A stretch of 64,000 nucleotides of DNA, taken from contig JAUCBJ010008829.1 in assembly GCA_032718475.1 (NCBI GenBank), forward strand, positions 102,464 through 166,463. Direction: 5' to 3'. Shown one piece after another: positions 47,837-60,180 of this stretch (positions are counted from its first letter, which is position 1; each line of letters begins with the position of its first letter). The DNA is from Nemertoderma westbladi (lineage: Eukaryota > Animalia > Xenacoelomorpha). Made by a program: the position numbers and the translations under genes. Under the pieces are notes generated by a model. The model was not told where the DNA came from, made no database searches, and was given only the letters and a program-made list of their open reading frames with translations.

Positions 47837-48968
47837 TGAACAACTATGCTGCCTTTTTTGTCTAGCCAGGACTTCGAGCAGCACGTGAACAACTATGCTG
47901 GGTTTTTATCTAGTCTGGGACTCCGAGCACCACATGAACAACTAAGGTAGCTAGTTATCTAGTTTGAGACTACGAGCAGTACGTGAATAACTAAGGTAGC
48001 TAGTTATCTAGTCTGGGACTTCGAGCAGCACGTGAACAACAAAGCTAGCTAGTTATCTAGTCTGGGACTTCGAGCAGCACGTGAACAACTAAGGTAGCTA
48101 GTTATCTAGTTTGAGACTACGAGCAGTACGTGAATAACTAAGGTAGCTAGTTATCTAGTCTGGGACTTCCAGCAGCACGTGAACAACTATGCTGGGTTTT
48201 TATCTAGTCTGGGACTTCGAGCAGCACGTGAACAACTATGCTGGGTTTTTATCTAGTCTGGGACTCCGAGCAGCACGTGAACAACAAAGGTAGCTTTTTA
48301 TCTAGTTTGAGACTACGAGCAGTACGTGAATAACTAAGGTAGCTAGTTATCTAGTCTGGGACTTCGAGCAGCACGTGAACAACAAAGCTAGATAATTATC
48401 TAGTTTGAGACTTCGAGCAGCATGCAAACAACTAAGGTAGCTTTTTATCTAGTCTGGGACTTCGAGCAGCACGTGAACAACAAAGCTAGATATTTTTCTA
48501 GTTTGAGACTTCGAGCAGCACGTGAACAACAAAGCTAGCTAGTTATCTAGTTTGAGACTTCGAGCAGCACGTGAACAACAAAGCTAGCTAGTTATCTAGT
48601 CTGGGACTTCGAGCAGCACGTGAACAACAAAGCTAGATATTTTTCTAGTTTGAGACTTCGAGCAGCACGTGAACAACAAAGCTAGCTAGTTATCTAGTTT
48701 GAGACTTCGAGCAGCACGTGAACAACAAAGCTAGCTAGTTATCTAGTCTGGGACTTCGAGCAGCACGTGAACAACAAAGCTAGCTAGTTATCTAGTCTGG
48801 GACTTCGAGCAGCACGTGAACAACAAAGCTAGATATTTTTCTAGTTTGAGACTTCGAGCAGCACGTGAACAACAAAGCTAGCTAGTTATCTAGTTTGAGA
48901 CTTCGAGCAGCACGTGAACAACAAAGCTAGATATTTTTCTAGTTTGAGATTTCGAGGGAGCACGTGTA
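47837..48968 (+). repeat. 49-bp minisatellite (about 23 units) upstream of the transposase
   Basis: Unit GAACAACAAAGCTAGCTAGTTATCTAGTYTGRGACTTCGAGCAGCACGT with a few recurring variants. Confidence 0.95.
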
Positions 48969-49096
48969 CATTTTAATAACACGGTCAGGTTGTTCTTTTT
49001 AGTTAGTTTGAGATTGTAGAGCACAACTCAGTAATACAGTAATCCTCTTAGTATAATACAATGTTTCTGTCATGTAGAATCTAGAATATATTTCTA

Positions 49097-51109
49097 ATGG
49101 CAAATGAATTTGAAACAATTGATCTATCATTCTTCAATATTGATAAAAATCATGATATTTTTCGTGATTACCCTATCCGCAATAGTGAAGAGCAACCTCA
49201 GCAGGATCGTGTTGGAGAACTATCTGACCAAACATCAGAGAGTTCTTCAGATTCTTGCGAAGATATTGAAGACAGTATAGTTGAACCTGATCCTACGGAA
49301 CATGAGCAAGCCGAATTTCAGTGTGGATGTAATAAAGAATGCGCAAACCAGTTCACTCTGAAGGAATGGACCAATTATAGAAATAGCTTTGCTGAACTAA
49401 GGAAAGCCGAGCTAGATACGTTTTTATGTGGTGAAATCTCATCCAGTAAGATACCTGTTGAAACGCATTCAGTTGCCGGCAGTTCTAAATGCAGAAAACG
49501 GGAGAGATACGATTTCAATTTTATGGGATATGGGATTTGTCGCACAACATTTTTACATATTCATGGGATTGGGTTGCGCAAATATAAGAATTTACTACAA
49601 CATATGAACAAGTGGCGTGGGGAGGAAGGGCAATTAATAAGAGTACACAAGTCATTGGGGCGCTCTCCCCATAATGTCACCTCTTTCCAACGAATCGAGG
49701 AGTTAGTATGTTTTCTAGATTCATATGTCGAGATTAATGCATTACCCCTCCCAGGGCGATTGCCTAGTTATAGGGATTTTCGGATCATGTTATTACCTTC
49801 AAGTACATCTAAAAAGGGGATTCATTTGTTGTATGTGAAATCCTGCCATATTGCTAAGACCAAACCAATAACGCGCCGTGTATTTTATAGATTGTGGAAT
49901 GAACTTAGACCATATTACCGTATGATGACTCCGGATACAGATTTATGTGATACATGTGCTGATAATACTCAGGCCCTAATGAACACTACTGATGATCAGC
50001 TGAAAACTGAACGATATGAGATTGCACTAAAACATCTAAATTCGGCGAAAATGGAGCGTCATCTCTATCGTCAGTTATGTGCTGATTCAGAAATAGAAGC
50101 AAACAAAATGAAAGTAGATTTAACCTACAAACCTGAAACGATGCATCTTAGCTGGGATATGGCCCAACAGGTACACTACCCTTCGCTAGCTCAACAACCT
50201 GGACCTATGTTTTTTAAAACTGCGCGTAAGTGTGGGATATTTGGTATTGTGAGTGAAGGTCAACGTATAGCCAGATTATATTTAATAGATGAGAAATATA
50301 CAACCAGTTATGGAAAGGGGGCTAACTTTATAATCAGCCTTCTTCATCACTACCTGAACTCTATAACAATACGTCCGATTACCTGGCATTTCCATGCAGA
50401 TAATACTGTTGGTCAAAACAAAAATAACAGTTTTGTGCAATACTTACAGTGGCGAATAGATACTGGACTGGATAAGAATATTCATTACCATTTTATGCTT
50501 GTGGGTCATACAAAGTTTCGGCCGGATCAATTTTTTGGACTTTTTAAGTCAAAGTTTAGAAAGGCAACAGTTTCAACGATGGTCGAGATGGCTGATGTTG
50601 TTCAAGAGTCGGCCACAGGAAGTTTTCCATTTGTTGTTGATGATAGTTATCTATTCTACGACTGGGATACATTCCTAGATAGGTTTTACCGTGATGTGCC
50701 ACACATTACGAATTACCAGCATTTCAAACTGGGCTCCGACTGTGCGGATGGAATAGTGGAATGTTTTCCCAGTTGCTCATTCTTGACATCATCTAAAGTT
50801 GATATTTATAAGAAGCGCACAGGAAGACCAGTCACTTCGTCCATAGATATGCCAAATAGTCTTCCTTTGTCAGATTTAAGTGCCACAAGACAGTGGTACC
50901 TATACGACAACATTCGTAAGTACTGTATAAGAAATCCAGATCAGGTAGCGTCATTGCCGCAAGTGCCTAGACCGATAGCAGCAAATAAGACTGAATCGCA
51001 GGCTGAGACAAAGGTTCGGAAACGAATAGCGAAGTGGCCCATTGCAGTGAGTACTCCAAAACTAACGAGCACTACAGGATCTAAGAAACTTAAAAAGCGC
51101 AAATTGTAG
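49097..51109 (+). CDS. Sola-type DDD transposase (670 aa)
   Basis: Putative catalytic segments SWDMAQQ, HADNTVGQNKN and LVGHTKFRPDQFFG, Cys motif TDLCDTC, C-terminal NLS-like KKLKKRKL. Uninterrupted and located inside the TIRs. Confidence 0.88.
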   Translation: MANEFETIDLSFFNIDKNHDIFRDYPIRNSEEQPQQDRVGELSDQTSESSSDSCEDIEDSIVEPDPTEHEQAEFQCGCNKECANQFTLKEWTNYRNSFAELRKAELDTFLCGEISSSKIPVETHSVAGSSKCRKRERYDFNFMGYGICRTTFLHIHGIGLRKYKNLLQHMNKWRGEEGQLIRVHKSLGRSPHNVTSFQRIEELVCFLDSYVEINALPLPGRLPSYRDFRIMLLPSSTSKKGIHLLYVKSCHIAKTKPITRRVFYRLWNELRPYYRMMTPDTDLCDTCADNTQALMNTTDDQLKTERYEIALKHLNSAKMERHLYRQLCADSEIEANKMKVDLTYKPETMHLSWDMAQQVHYPSLAQQPGPMFFKTARKCGIFGIVSEGQRIARLYLIDEKYTTSYGKGANFIISLLHHYLNSITIRPITWHFHADNTVGQNKNNSFVQYLQWRIDTGLDKNIHYHFMLVGHTKFRPDQFFGLFKSKFRKATVSTMVEMADVVQESATGSFPFVVDDSYLFYDWDTFLDRFYRDVPHITNYQHFKLGSDCADGIVECFPSCSFLTSSKVDIYKKRTGRPVTSSIDMPNSLPLSDLSATRQWYLYDNIRKYCIRNPDQVASLPQVPRPIAANKTESQAETKVRKRIAKWPIAVSTPKLTSTTGSKKLKKRKL

Positions 51110-51469
51110 ACCTTCAGACTTATTGGTTCATTTATCAGACATATCAGACATATCAGACTCATTTATTTCATGTTCATTAATTTCAAGAGTCAAACTTAAA
51201 TAAAAATTTAAATTAAAAGTTTAAATTTGAAAATGGCAAGTTTTAAATTTTTCACCGACAAGAGAGGCAGACAAAGAGACAGACAGACATTCACACCACA
51301 TCACTCTTTTTCTGGGATGCTGATCACGAATATGACACTCAAAAATATTGTATTATCCAACCAAATTGGATTTTTGGAGTTATAAATTTTTTGCAACTTG
51401 TTTTTTTCGTCAAGAGCTGACAAGCTCCAAAAATTATAGTTGTTTTTCCCACGAATGATTTTTAATGAG

Positions 51470-52170
51470 TTGTATCGTTATCAGCAACCTTGAAAACCAG
51501 TATAGCTTCAGAATTACCAAACCAAAGGCAAAATTTAACTTTTTTTATAATTTTTGTGCTAGTGTACTTTCCGTTCTGGGGCATCAGAATAGCACCACAA
51601 TTGGGTTTGAATTTACCAGAAATATTTATAACTAGTTTCATCGTGATCAGCGACCTCATAAACCCATATACGTTCAGAATTATCAATCGAAACAGAACAT
51701 TTTTTAATTTGACATTTTTTACTTGTATTTTTCGTCCTGGGGGACCAAAATAGCACCAAAAATGATGGTTGTATTACCAGAAAATATTTTTAACAAGTTT
51801 TATCGTGATCAGCGACCTCAAAAACCCGCATACATTCAGAATTATCAAACAAAATACAAAATTTATTAATTTGACATTTTTTACTTGTATTTTTTGTCCT
51901 GGGGGTCCAAAATAGCACCAAAAATGATGGTTACATTGCCAAAAAATATTTTTAACAAGTTTTATCGTGATCAGCGACCTCAAAAACCCGCATACATTCA
52001 GAATTATCAAACAAAATACAAAATTTTTTTAATTTGACATTTTTTACTTGTATTTTTCGTCCTGGGGGACCAAAATAGCACCAAAAATGATGGTTGTATT
52101 ACCAGAAAATATTTTTAAGATGTTTTATAGTGTTCAACGACCTCGAAAACCCTTATACCATAAAAATTAT
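51470..52170 (+). repeat. About 162-bp tandem repeat (4-5 units) in the Sola 3' region, flanked by GACA-type microsatellite patches
   Basis: TCGTGATCAGCGACCTCA at about 51641, 51803 and 51965, with degenerate copies at about 51475 and 52128. GACA-rich runs near 51270 and 52225. Confidence 0.85.
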
Positions 52171-52814
52171 AATTTTTGAGCCAAGATCTAAAAAATTTAT
52201 AAAATGACTGACAACACTTGACAGACAAACAGACGGACAGACAGACCGATTGACAAGCAAACATATTGAAAATAACTGGAAGATAGTTTTCTATTGGAAT
52301 AATAAGGCATATAAATTAATTTATAAAAGTAAATATACATAGAACAACATAATATCTATCGGGAATGAGATTTAAATTTCAAAACTTCTGACTACCCTCA
52401 ATCAAAGCTGAATATCTCCAAAACTAAGCTAGCTGTTAACATACCGTTAACAGATTTGGATTCCTCATTAAAAACTGCATATATTACATTGAAAATAAAA
52501 AAATTGAAAATTTTGACTTGAAAATTTAATTTTTCTTTAAGTGCGATTTTCTCAAAACGACATTTTCACCTTAAGGTACCTTTTCGCTTTCACTGCCACA
52601 TATGTAATAATATGCAATAATTTAATATTTAATTTATAATTTATCTACTATACAGCACACTACACTACAAGATAACATCACCCAACATATAACAATAACA
52701 TCGGGTACTGTATGTAGGCTACTATACGGAAGAAAATATAAAAATTACTAGAGGAAGTACCGGTATTAAATGTTACAAAATTATGTCAAAATTTCGTATA
52801 AAAAAACTAAAACT

Positions 52815-53060
52815 ACCAGTCGGTCGGATGTCCCTGTCACCAGTCTGTCGGATGTCCCTGTCACCGGTCTGTCAGGTGTCCCTGTCACCGCCACAAGTCT
52901 GTCGGATGCCCCTGTCACCAGTCTGTCGGGTGGCAACCATTGTTGTAGCTGCAGCGCATCTGGGGGGCGTTGCACCAGGTGTGTATGCGCAAAGGAAGGG
53001 CGTCAGTCACTGCACTATATGTGGTCCGCTGTTGGTGGGGAGATGTGAGAATTTCATTGG
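52815..53060 (+). pseudogene. Fragment with 24-bp repeats (TSLSDVPV) and a frameshifted Cys-rich CXC-like motif
   Basis: CCSCSASGGRCTRCVCAKEGR continues in another frame as HCTICGPLLVGRCEN. Confidence 0.45.
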
Positions 53061-53334
53061 TCCCATTAACCCTAAACCCATTCCTGACCTTCCCCGGGTT
53101 TGTCCAGTAGTCCGTCAAAGGCCTTCTTCAATGTTGAAATGTCCTTCTTCAAATGTCCTCCAAATGAGACCAAATGTATCTCATTAAGATTTGTAAAAGA
53201 AAATTATAGGGATGAGAGGGTTTCCGAAAGAATTACTTTTCAGTAGCAGTTAGAAACATGAATTAATATAATATAATAGTAATAATAATCATACAATATG
53301 TAGTTAATTTCTTCAAACTTACTTCCATATAAAT

Positions 53335-55045
53335 TGAAGTTTAGTTGTCAGTAGTGCAGGTCCGGCCAATAAACTACTACGATCTGTAATCGGTGGGTTA
53401 CTTACCTTGACTTTCAGAATAGGCGACGACGTTGCTCTTGGCGGTATGAACTTGTCCGGAATAACAAACCTGTGTTCCATCGCACCATGGATAGGAGAAA
53501 TATTACTACTACCCGCAATCGAAACAGGTTCCTTACTCGTAATCGGTGCAAACATAGGAGTTCTTGAGGGAATCGTTGACATAAATCTTTAACTAATTGT
53601 CGCTCTCGTCCAGGTGCTCCTACACTTCCTTCCTTCATTCGTTCCTGAATTTGGCGGTGCCTTACCTCTATCCGGTCTAAATCGTGTCCGTCTCGAGATC
53701 TCATCGATCGATCGCGGGCTTTAAGATCCAGATCTTCCTTGGCATTCTCTAATTCTCTCGCCTTCCTTTCAAGTTCGAAATGAAGTTTAGCTTCCTTTTC
53801 TCGTTGTTCCGTCTGTTGTTGTTGCGCCTCGAACTCCGCTTGTCGTCTAGCTGATTGAGCCTTTATTTGCCGTGTTTTCATCTCGACTCTCGCTTCTGAA
53901 ACTAACCTTTGTTCTTCCAACTCCGCTGCTCGTCGCTCCAATTCTGCTGCTGCTGCTTGTCACTCTAGTTCGGCTGCTGCCGCTTGTCGCTCCAACTCAG
54001 CTGTTGCTGCTTGTTGCGCTAACTTGGCTGTCGCTGTTCGTTGTGCTATTTCTAGCTCTAACCTTTCCATCTCAGCCGCTTCTAATTGAGCCGCTTCTTG
54101 TAGATGAGAGATTCGCGCAACATTCGCTACACGTAGTTTCTCTTCCTCTACTGCTGCTTGTATCATTAGCAGTTGAGTTTGTTCCTCCATTTCTTGGCGT
54201 TGTCTGTAGAACTGTTGCTGTTGTCGAGCAACTTCTAACGTGACCATACTTACCTCGCCAATTTCGCTGCGAATACTTACTAACGATTGATCCAGTATTC
54301 CCGGTGCCAGTTCGATTTGTGCGAGTGAAGTTTCCGTCGTAGCCTCCGGCACGGTTTCCCAATCTCCGACGTCTTCGCCGCACATGCGTAAGTGATCCGT
54401 CAGGTGTTTCAATTGTCCATCCAGCCTATACAATTCCTGTTCTTCCTCGGGCTGTAATAACTCGTCGGAAACTGACTCACCTAGCAACTGATCCGCTTGC
54501 TCTTGTTGTATCTGCCTAATCGTCGTCTTAAACTTAATCAGTTTTTCCCTAGCGATTATTAATTTCTCCAGGATTCGAAATTGAGTGTCCGCATCCTGTC
54601 TTTGTCTAGCTAAATCTTGTAGACTGATTAGGTTATCTACGGACTTAAGTACTCTACTTTGTACTCTAACCTGTAGGGTGTAGAACTCAAACCGAGACAT
54701 CGGAGCGGTCAACTCGTCTAATATGCGTTGGCCTTCTCCAATACTCCTGGTAATGTGCGCCATGTATCCTCCGACGCTTCTAACAACGCTCTCCTGGCTT
54801 CCTACTGAACTTACCATGTCCGTTTCCCTGTGTCTAGGTTGCGGAACAGTTAGAAAATCCTCGGTCCTGCCGTCGCCTCGTACTACGGCATCCGGTACTC
54901 CCGTTGGATGTACTGGTGACGCACACGGTGTAGGTTCGGTAGGCTCGCGAGTCTTCCCCTGTGGTTCTTCCGCTACTGACTTATCCGCGTCACATGAGTC
55001 ATAGTCGGTTTGTGTATTCTTCGTATAGTCTTGTTTGTCACTCAT
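53335..55045 (-). pseudogene. gag: N-terminal gag of BEL/Pao element D, truncated
   Basis: GGYMAHITRS resembles element C RAHAGHITRT. Long coiled coil with AAAELE repeats, an in-frame stop near 53960 and a later frameshift. A long non-coding leader extends to about 57400. Confidence 0.65.
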
Positions 55046-57415
55046 TTTGGTAGTTATAAGTCAAGTAAAGTGAGTGTCAAAGTATCAAATTTACAGTATT
55101 TATCTAAACGGAACTAATTACAGTCATATAAAATTAGCCTACTAGCCGATTTTATAGCAAATGGATAAAATTAGCCTAGCGGCCAATTTTACAGCAAATA
55201 ATGTCACGGAATAAGTATATAATAAAATTAGCCTATCGGCCAATTTTATAACAATAGGTCGGATAACGATATACGTTATCAAATATAAATTAAACACAAA
55301 TAATTACGGACTAATTCAGCAATAAACAAAGAAATCATACGGAATGCATAAATACTTGAGACAGTGGAACCCACAATAATTTTAACTAATACGGTAATGC
55401 CTAACTGATTTATGCAACTTTTCGAACTTACCCACTCCAATAATTCTCCAGAAAAACAGATTCCCAGATACAAACCGGACGTGAACCTTTCCGTTTCCAG
55501 CGTTGCGGACGAAGTGCGATTTTTCCCAACCAAAGTTGTTGAGTTATCTATCTCCCAAACTTGCTAAATACGGTCTTGCTCTCGTTACAGTCTAGAAATG
55601 AGCTCTGAATCCTGAAAAACAAAAGAGTTTGGTTTTACTTTTACGAAAATTTTGTACCGGTACAATATGGTATTTAAACCCTTTTAAACACCGGTATTCA
55701 ATTCCAAATATTTTACAAGCGATTCAAATCAAATTTTATTTCAAAAAATTAGCACTTAGCTAATCAAATACAAATTTTACCTCAAAATATAAAATTTTCA
55801 AACAACTTTGTCCTACTGAACCGTAGTTCAGTAAAACACATTCCTACTATTTGAAGAGACAGTAACAAAGTACCCTGCAATATCCTACTGTAAAGTCTGT
55901 GAATCAAAACGTAATCCGACCCTTCTCACCAAAACAGTAAACTCTAAGTAGGCAAATCTATTGCAGTATCGGTCTCTTATAACCGGTGAGGCAGAAAACA
56001 GTCTACGAACGGACAAACTTCGATAAAACAAAATCCCGCGCAGCGAATCCTAAAATCGGGCTGACTTACTGACGGACTAAAGAGCGCTCGTGTACTTTGC
56101 CGCAGTGTGATTTATATGGGTTGAGAGATAGAGAGGGGCTAGCTAGGTGTCTAACTAGCGGGCAAAGTGCAGTGCGGACAAAAATTATTTTATATATTTT
56201 GAGGTGTAAATAATTTCTAACGCGTGTGCTTTGATTCTAACGGTCAAAATCGGTTTTAGATCCTTCACATATATAATTACTGGGTCCGGTATACATTTTA
56301 TTCTAATTTTGTAACTTGTAGGTACAATACTCATGAATGATAAGGCTCCTTCCCCTTTTGTGTATTTCCAGGACTCAAATTCAGGCATAAGGTTAATACT
56401 ACGCCCAGAATTTGGCAATTTAATTTACCAGGTCCCTAATACTAAGAAGAAATGTGTTAGTTTACTACAGTAGGCGTACAGTTACAAATATCTGGCCTGG
56501 CTTCCTATCTAGAATTTTGGTTACCTAGGTGGGCTTGGTAACTTCTTATCAGGACGTCAGCGGGGACACGGTAGATTTTAGTATCCCTAATAGCCTCAAT
56601 TTATTTGCGCCTAGCAGTAAACTGCCCTACCGCCTGAACGGCACAATCCTAATTCAGGTGAAAACACAGTAACCCTCCCTGGCCTACAAGTTCTAATGCA
56701 AATGGAGACCGTTGTACTACAAACAGTCACCGACGCACCTATACTTAGCAAATGAGTTAGGCGTACAGCTTACTCTGCACCCTACCAATGTGTATGCCTT
56801 GTACTGGTGAGCCTGCATCCTATCTGTGTACTAGTATCTATCTGCCTGTTCTATTCCTCCCCTCCCCATAGGAATGTGTAGGTCCACTGCGGGTTTTCTC
56901 TGAATTAAGACAGTACAGTCCCTAAATGTAATTTTAGCGCACAGCGTGTCAATACCTCTACCTTCGATCTTAGGTCTTACACTTAGGTAGCAAGGCATCG
57001 AACGCTGTCTAACCTTTCAGGCGATGGGCGAATAACTGAGAATGGGTATTGTAGGTTGTCTCCTCCTACATTCCTCCGATGTTCCCGTCTATCGCTGCGG
57101 TCCGCTATCTAGCCCGCCATCCGTCTTTCAGTTGGGTTCACCGTGGTGAAACATGATAAAAGAGAAGGCAGATAGAGCGATAATTCTGAATTTATTACAG
57201 ATAACCAACAATGATATTAATACTAACAATGTAATCTGAAATATATACAAGAAGAAGATAGTAAAGTAATGTGTAGATATAAGTGAGTGATTGATTGATT
57301 GATAACTAATAAACGAAACTGCACCTTTTATAGCAAATTTGTGCTGCAAACAATCGAGAATATTCTATGAGTTATATTGGGTTTTAAAGATAATCATTGG
57401 TCCAGCAAACACATA

Positions 57416-59525
57416 CAGTCGGGGTCTCAAAGTGCATCTGTTCTTTGAGATTTTCTCAAAGTTTTTCTAAAAGTGTCTAAAAGTCAGTACATTACTCCCA
57501 ACGGCCGCTTTGAATTCTTGTAGACACTTTTAGTTGGGAATCTCAAAGTGATTTCCTGCTTTTAGGCACTTTGAATTCTTTGAGAAATGTCACTTTGAGG
57601 TAGTTTGCGGCACTTTTAATTCTTTGAGAAAATAAACTCCGAGGTATTCCTGATTGACAGCTCGTGGTAAGTTAACTGAGAGGCAGAGGCATTCTCGGGG
57701 AACAATATTATGCGGGCAACAAAGTGATACTTGTGTGCTGGCCAGTTGTTGCATATAAGCTATATTCCCATTAATTTATCAAAATAAATTGAGGTTCCTG
57801 AGGTCATTACGGGATGGGTTTTCGGTCGTTTCGTTTCGGTACAAATTGAATAAACGGCACCCTAAAGTCTTTCTAAAAAACATTCATTCAAATAATACAT
57901 GAAACATAATTAGTGAAACTAGATTAATGCTTGACAAGATTGATTATTTTAATAACATAATACAATATCAGGTTAACAATTAATATAAGAGAAACTGCAC
58001 TGTAGTAGTATCTCTGTGTATACGCAGTTTCATTATAATGACCTAAAGAAGCCCTGTTGGGAGAGAGCTTGTAATAACATTTGTTATTCATTTCATTAGT
58101 CGCCTCAGGTCAAACCGTACTACCTTAACTGTATGTTATAACTATGTTGACGAGAGCGCGAGAATTCCATCTTAAAAACTAAGAAAGGCTTTCGGCTTTC
58201 AAGTATGATAGAACGGCTACAATCTTGTGTTGTTTTAGCTTAATAGAGATATTAAAATATCCCCTGCCGCTGGCGTTTATATTTGAGAATATTTTAAATG
58301 TTTGCCTCATATTCAATTGATGTGTACCGCCTTCTGGCAAAGCGGCACCCAGTTTAAACTATCAATTAACTTTAAGGTAAACACTAGAGTCTTACACCCT
58401 TTAACTACAAAAATATATATACATCACAACCCCCTGTTAGTCAGTATGTCGGTACATTCAATTATAAACTATCAATCACAGCTAGTGAGTAGCGACCCAC
58501 GGACGGCGACCTTCAAACAAACAGGTGCAGAGTCGGAAAGAACTGTCACATGCTTTGATTGGCTTGTGGTACCATTTGATTACATAATAGATTTTGGCAG
58601 ACTGGGCGGTCGCTCTGACCATATGCATTGCGCACCAACAATGCCTAAAACATCTATGGGAACAGCCAATTAGTGCGCTTGAATCATTTATCTTTCCTGC
58701 CTCTATCTTTATTCTTTACTTTGTACAACACAATTTACAGTGCGGCAAAGTATGGCTGGTTGACCATTGAAATGCATTGGTAAAGGTATTCAGCGTTCAC
58801 GTGGGCTAAACAAATTTAAACAGTACAGTACAGCACTAAATTACAGTACACAAACAGCACTATACATTAATATAGATAGGGCAACAGACAAACTGTCTAT
58901 GACACAAATACCAACACATTCCGATAGCCCGCAATTATGGCGTCTCTAAAGAGTCAAAATATAAATTAATAAAATCGTCTATGAAACAATAAAAATACCT
59001 ACAAAAAATACTGCTGTATTAAATATTAGTTACTGCAGTAACATATAATAATTACTGCAGTAACAAATATTTATTACTGCAGTAACAAATATTTATTACT
59101 GCAGTAACAAATATTTATTACTGCAATAATCAATATTAATAAATTATTAAATAATTGAATAAAAATTTCTACTGCAGTGACAAATTATTTGTTACTGCAG
59201 AAAAATACAATTTTTTATTACTGCAGTAAGATTAATTCTTACTTTCAGTAACAAATATTTATTACTGCAGTATTTTTTGGAGGCAGTCTTATTGTTTCAT
59301 AGAGGTTTTTATTACTTATATTTTACCCTATAGTCAAAATCAATATACCCCATACCATAGCCAGCTTCAGGCAGGACTGTATGAAATGACTGACAGTACT
59401 ACTTTGAAATCTTTGAAATCTTTGAGGACACTTTGTCATTTTCTTGGACCACTTTTAGAAATTTGAGACACTTTTAGTTCTTTGAGAAAATCTCAAAGAA
59501 CAGATGCACTTTGAGACCCCGACTG
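57416..59525. mobile_element. Non-autonomous Tc1/mariner-type element
   Basis: 46-bp perfect TIR CAGTCGGGGTCTCAAAGTGCATCTGTTCTTTGAGATTTTCTCAAAG, TA on both sides, subterminal CTTTGAG repeats, no transposase. Confidence 0.85.
58946..59333. mobile_element. Foldback MITE nested in the Tc1-type element
   Basis: The two halves are imperfect inverted repeats (TCTATGAAACAATAA / TTATTGTTTCATAGA), with internal 22-bp TTACTGCAGTAACAAATATTTA units. Confidence 0.75.
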
Positions 59526-59644
59526 TAGGTTAAAATTATCAATTAAGGGAAATGAGCAGGTTAAAGTTACATTTATTCTAACCAAAACAATAAACTAATG
59601 TCAATAGAACAGGTTACAGTTTTATTTTTGGGAGTAATCAGATG

Positions 59645-60180
59645 TTATTGCGTCGATTTCCACTGGAGAGGGATGAATTTTGATTGCATCAAAAGCACCA
59701 CAGAGTTGAATTTTGGAACACGGGCATAACATTCTCCTTTAGTTAGAAACGTTTTTAATGTTTCCTTAAGGCGCCGCCCACCAATTTCCCCAATGTTGGT
59801 AAATTGCGAAGACAATTCACAACCCCCTATCCCACTCAGTACGTCCATTGTCAGTTCGGGCATGCAGGGAGGAGATGATGCAACAACCGTTTGCCATTCC
59901 TTAAGGTAATCAGTCATATGCCTGACATGGGCGCAGTGTCACTATGTTCAGGCATTGCCCTGTTACTCCCCAACCGTAAACATAAACCCTTCAGTTCGCT
60001 TATGGTGTCCACAAGTCCGTACATCTCATCCCACTTATTAATATCCCGTGGGATGCCGTTAGGGAAAAGAAGTTTCAGGAGTTTATTAATTCCTTTGAGA
60101 ACATAGTCCGCCCCTTCAGAAGAAGGGGTTCTTTTAAACGCAAGGTTGGCTTTTCGCAGGAGCATTCGTTCTGCAATATA
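59645..60180 (-). pseudogene. Frameshifted coding fragment of unknown origin
   Basis: Two overlapping frames read as plausible globular protein. The upstream end is bounded by a G/C-run insertion at about 60181-60232. Confidence 0.35.

Larger units (their letters stand above)
47489..52599 (+). mobile_element. Sola1-type DNA transposon, apparently complete
   Basis: Perfect 39-bp TIRs (47489-47527 and 52561-52599), ATAT target duplication (AWWT type), one long ORF. Confidence 0.88.

Noticed and set aside
47837-48968. CRISPR-like or guide-RNA array beside a nuclease-fold ORF
   Set aside because: There are no unique spacers, since the variable parts are a few recurring alleles of one unit. The ORF is a Sola-type transposase inside TIRs, and there are no cas genes.
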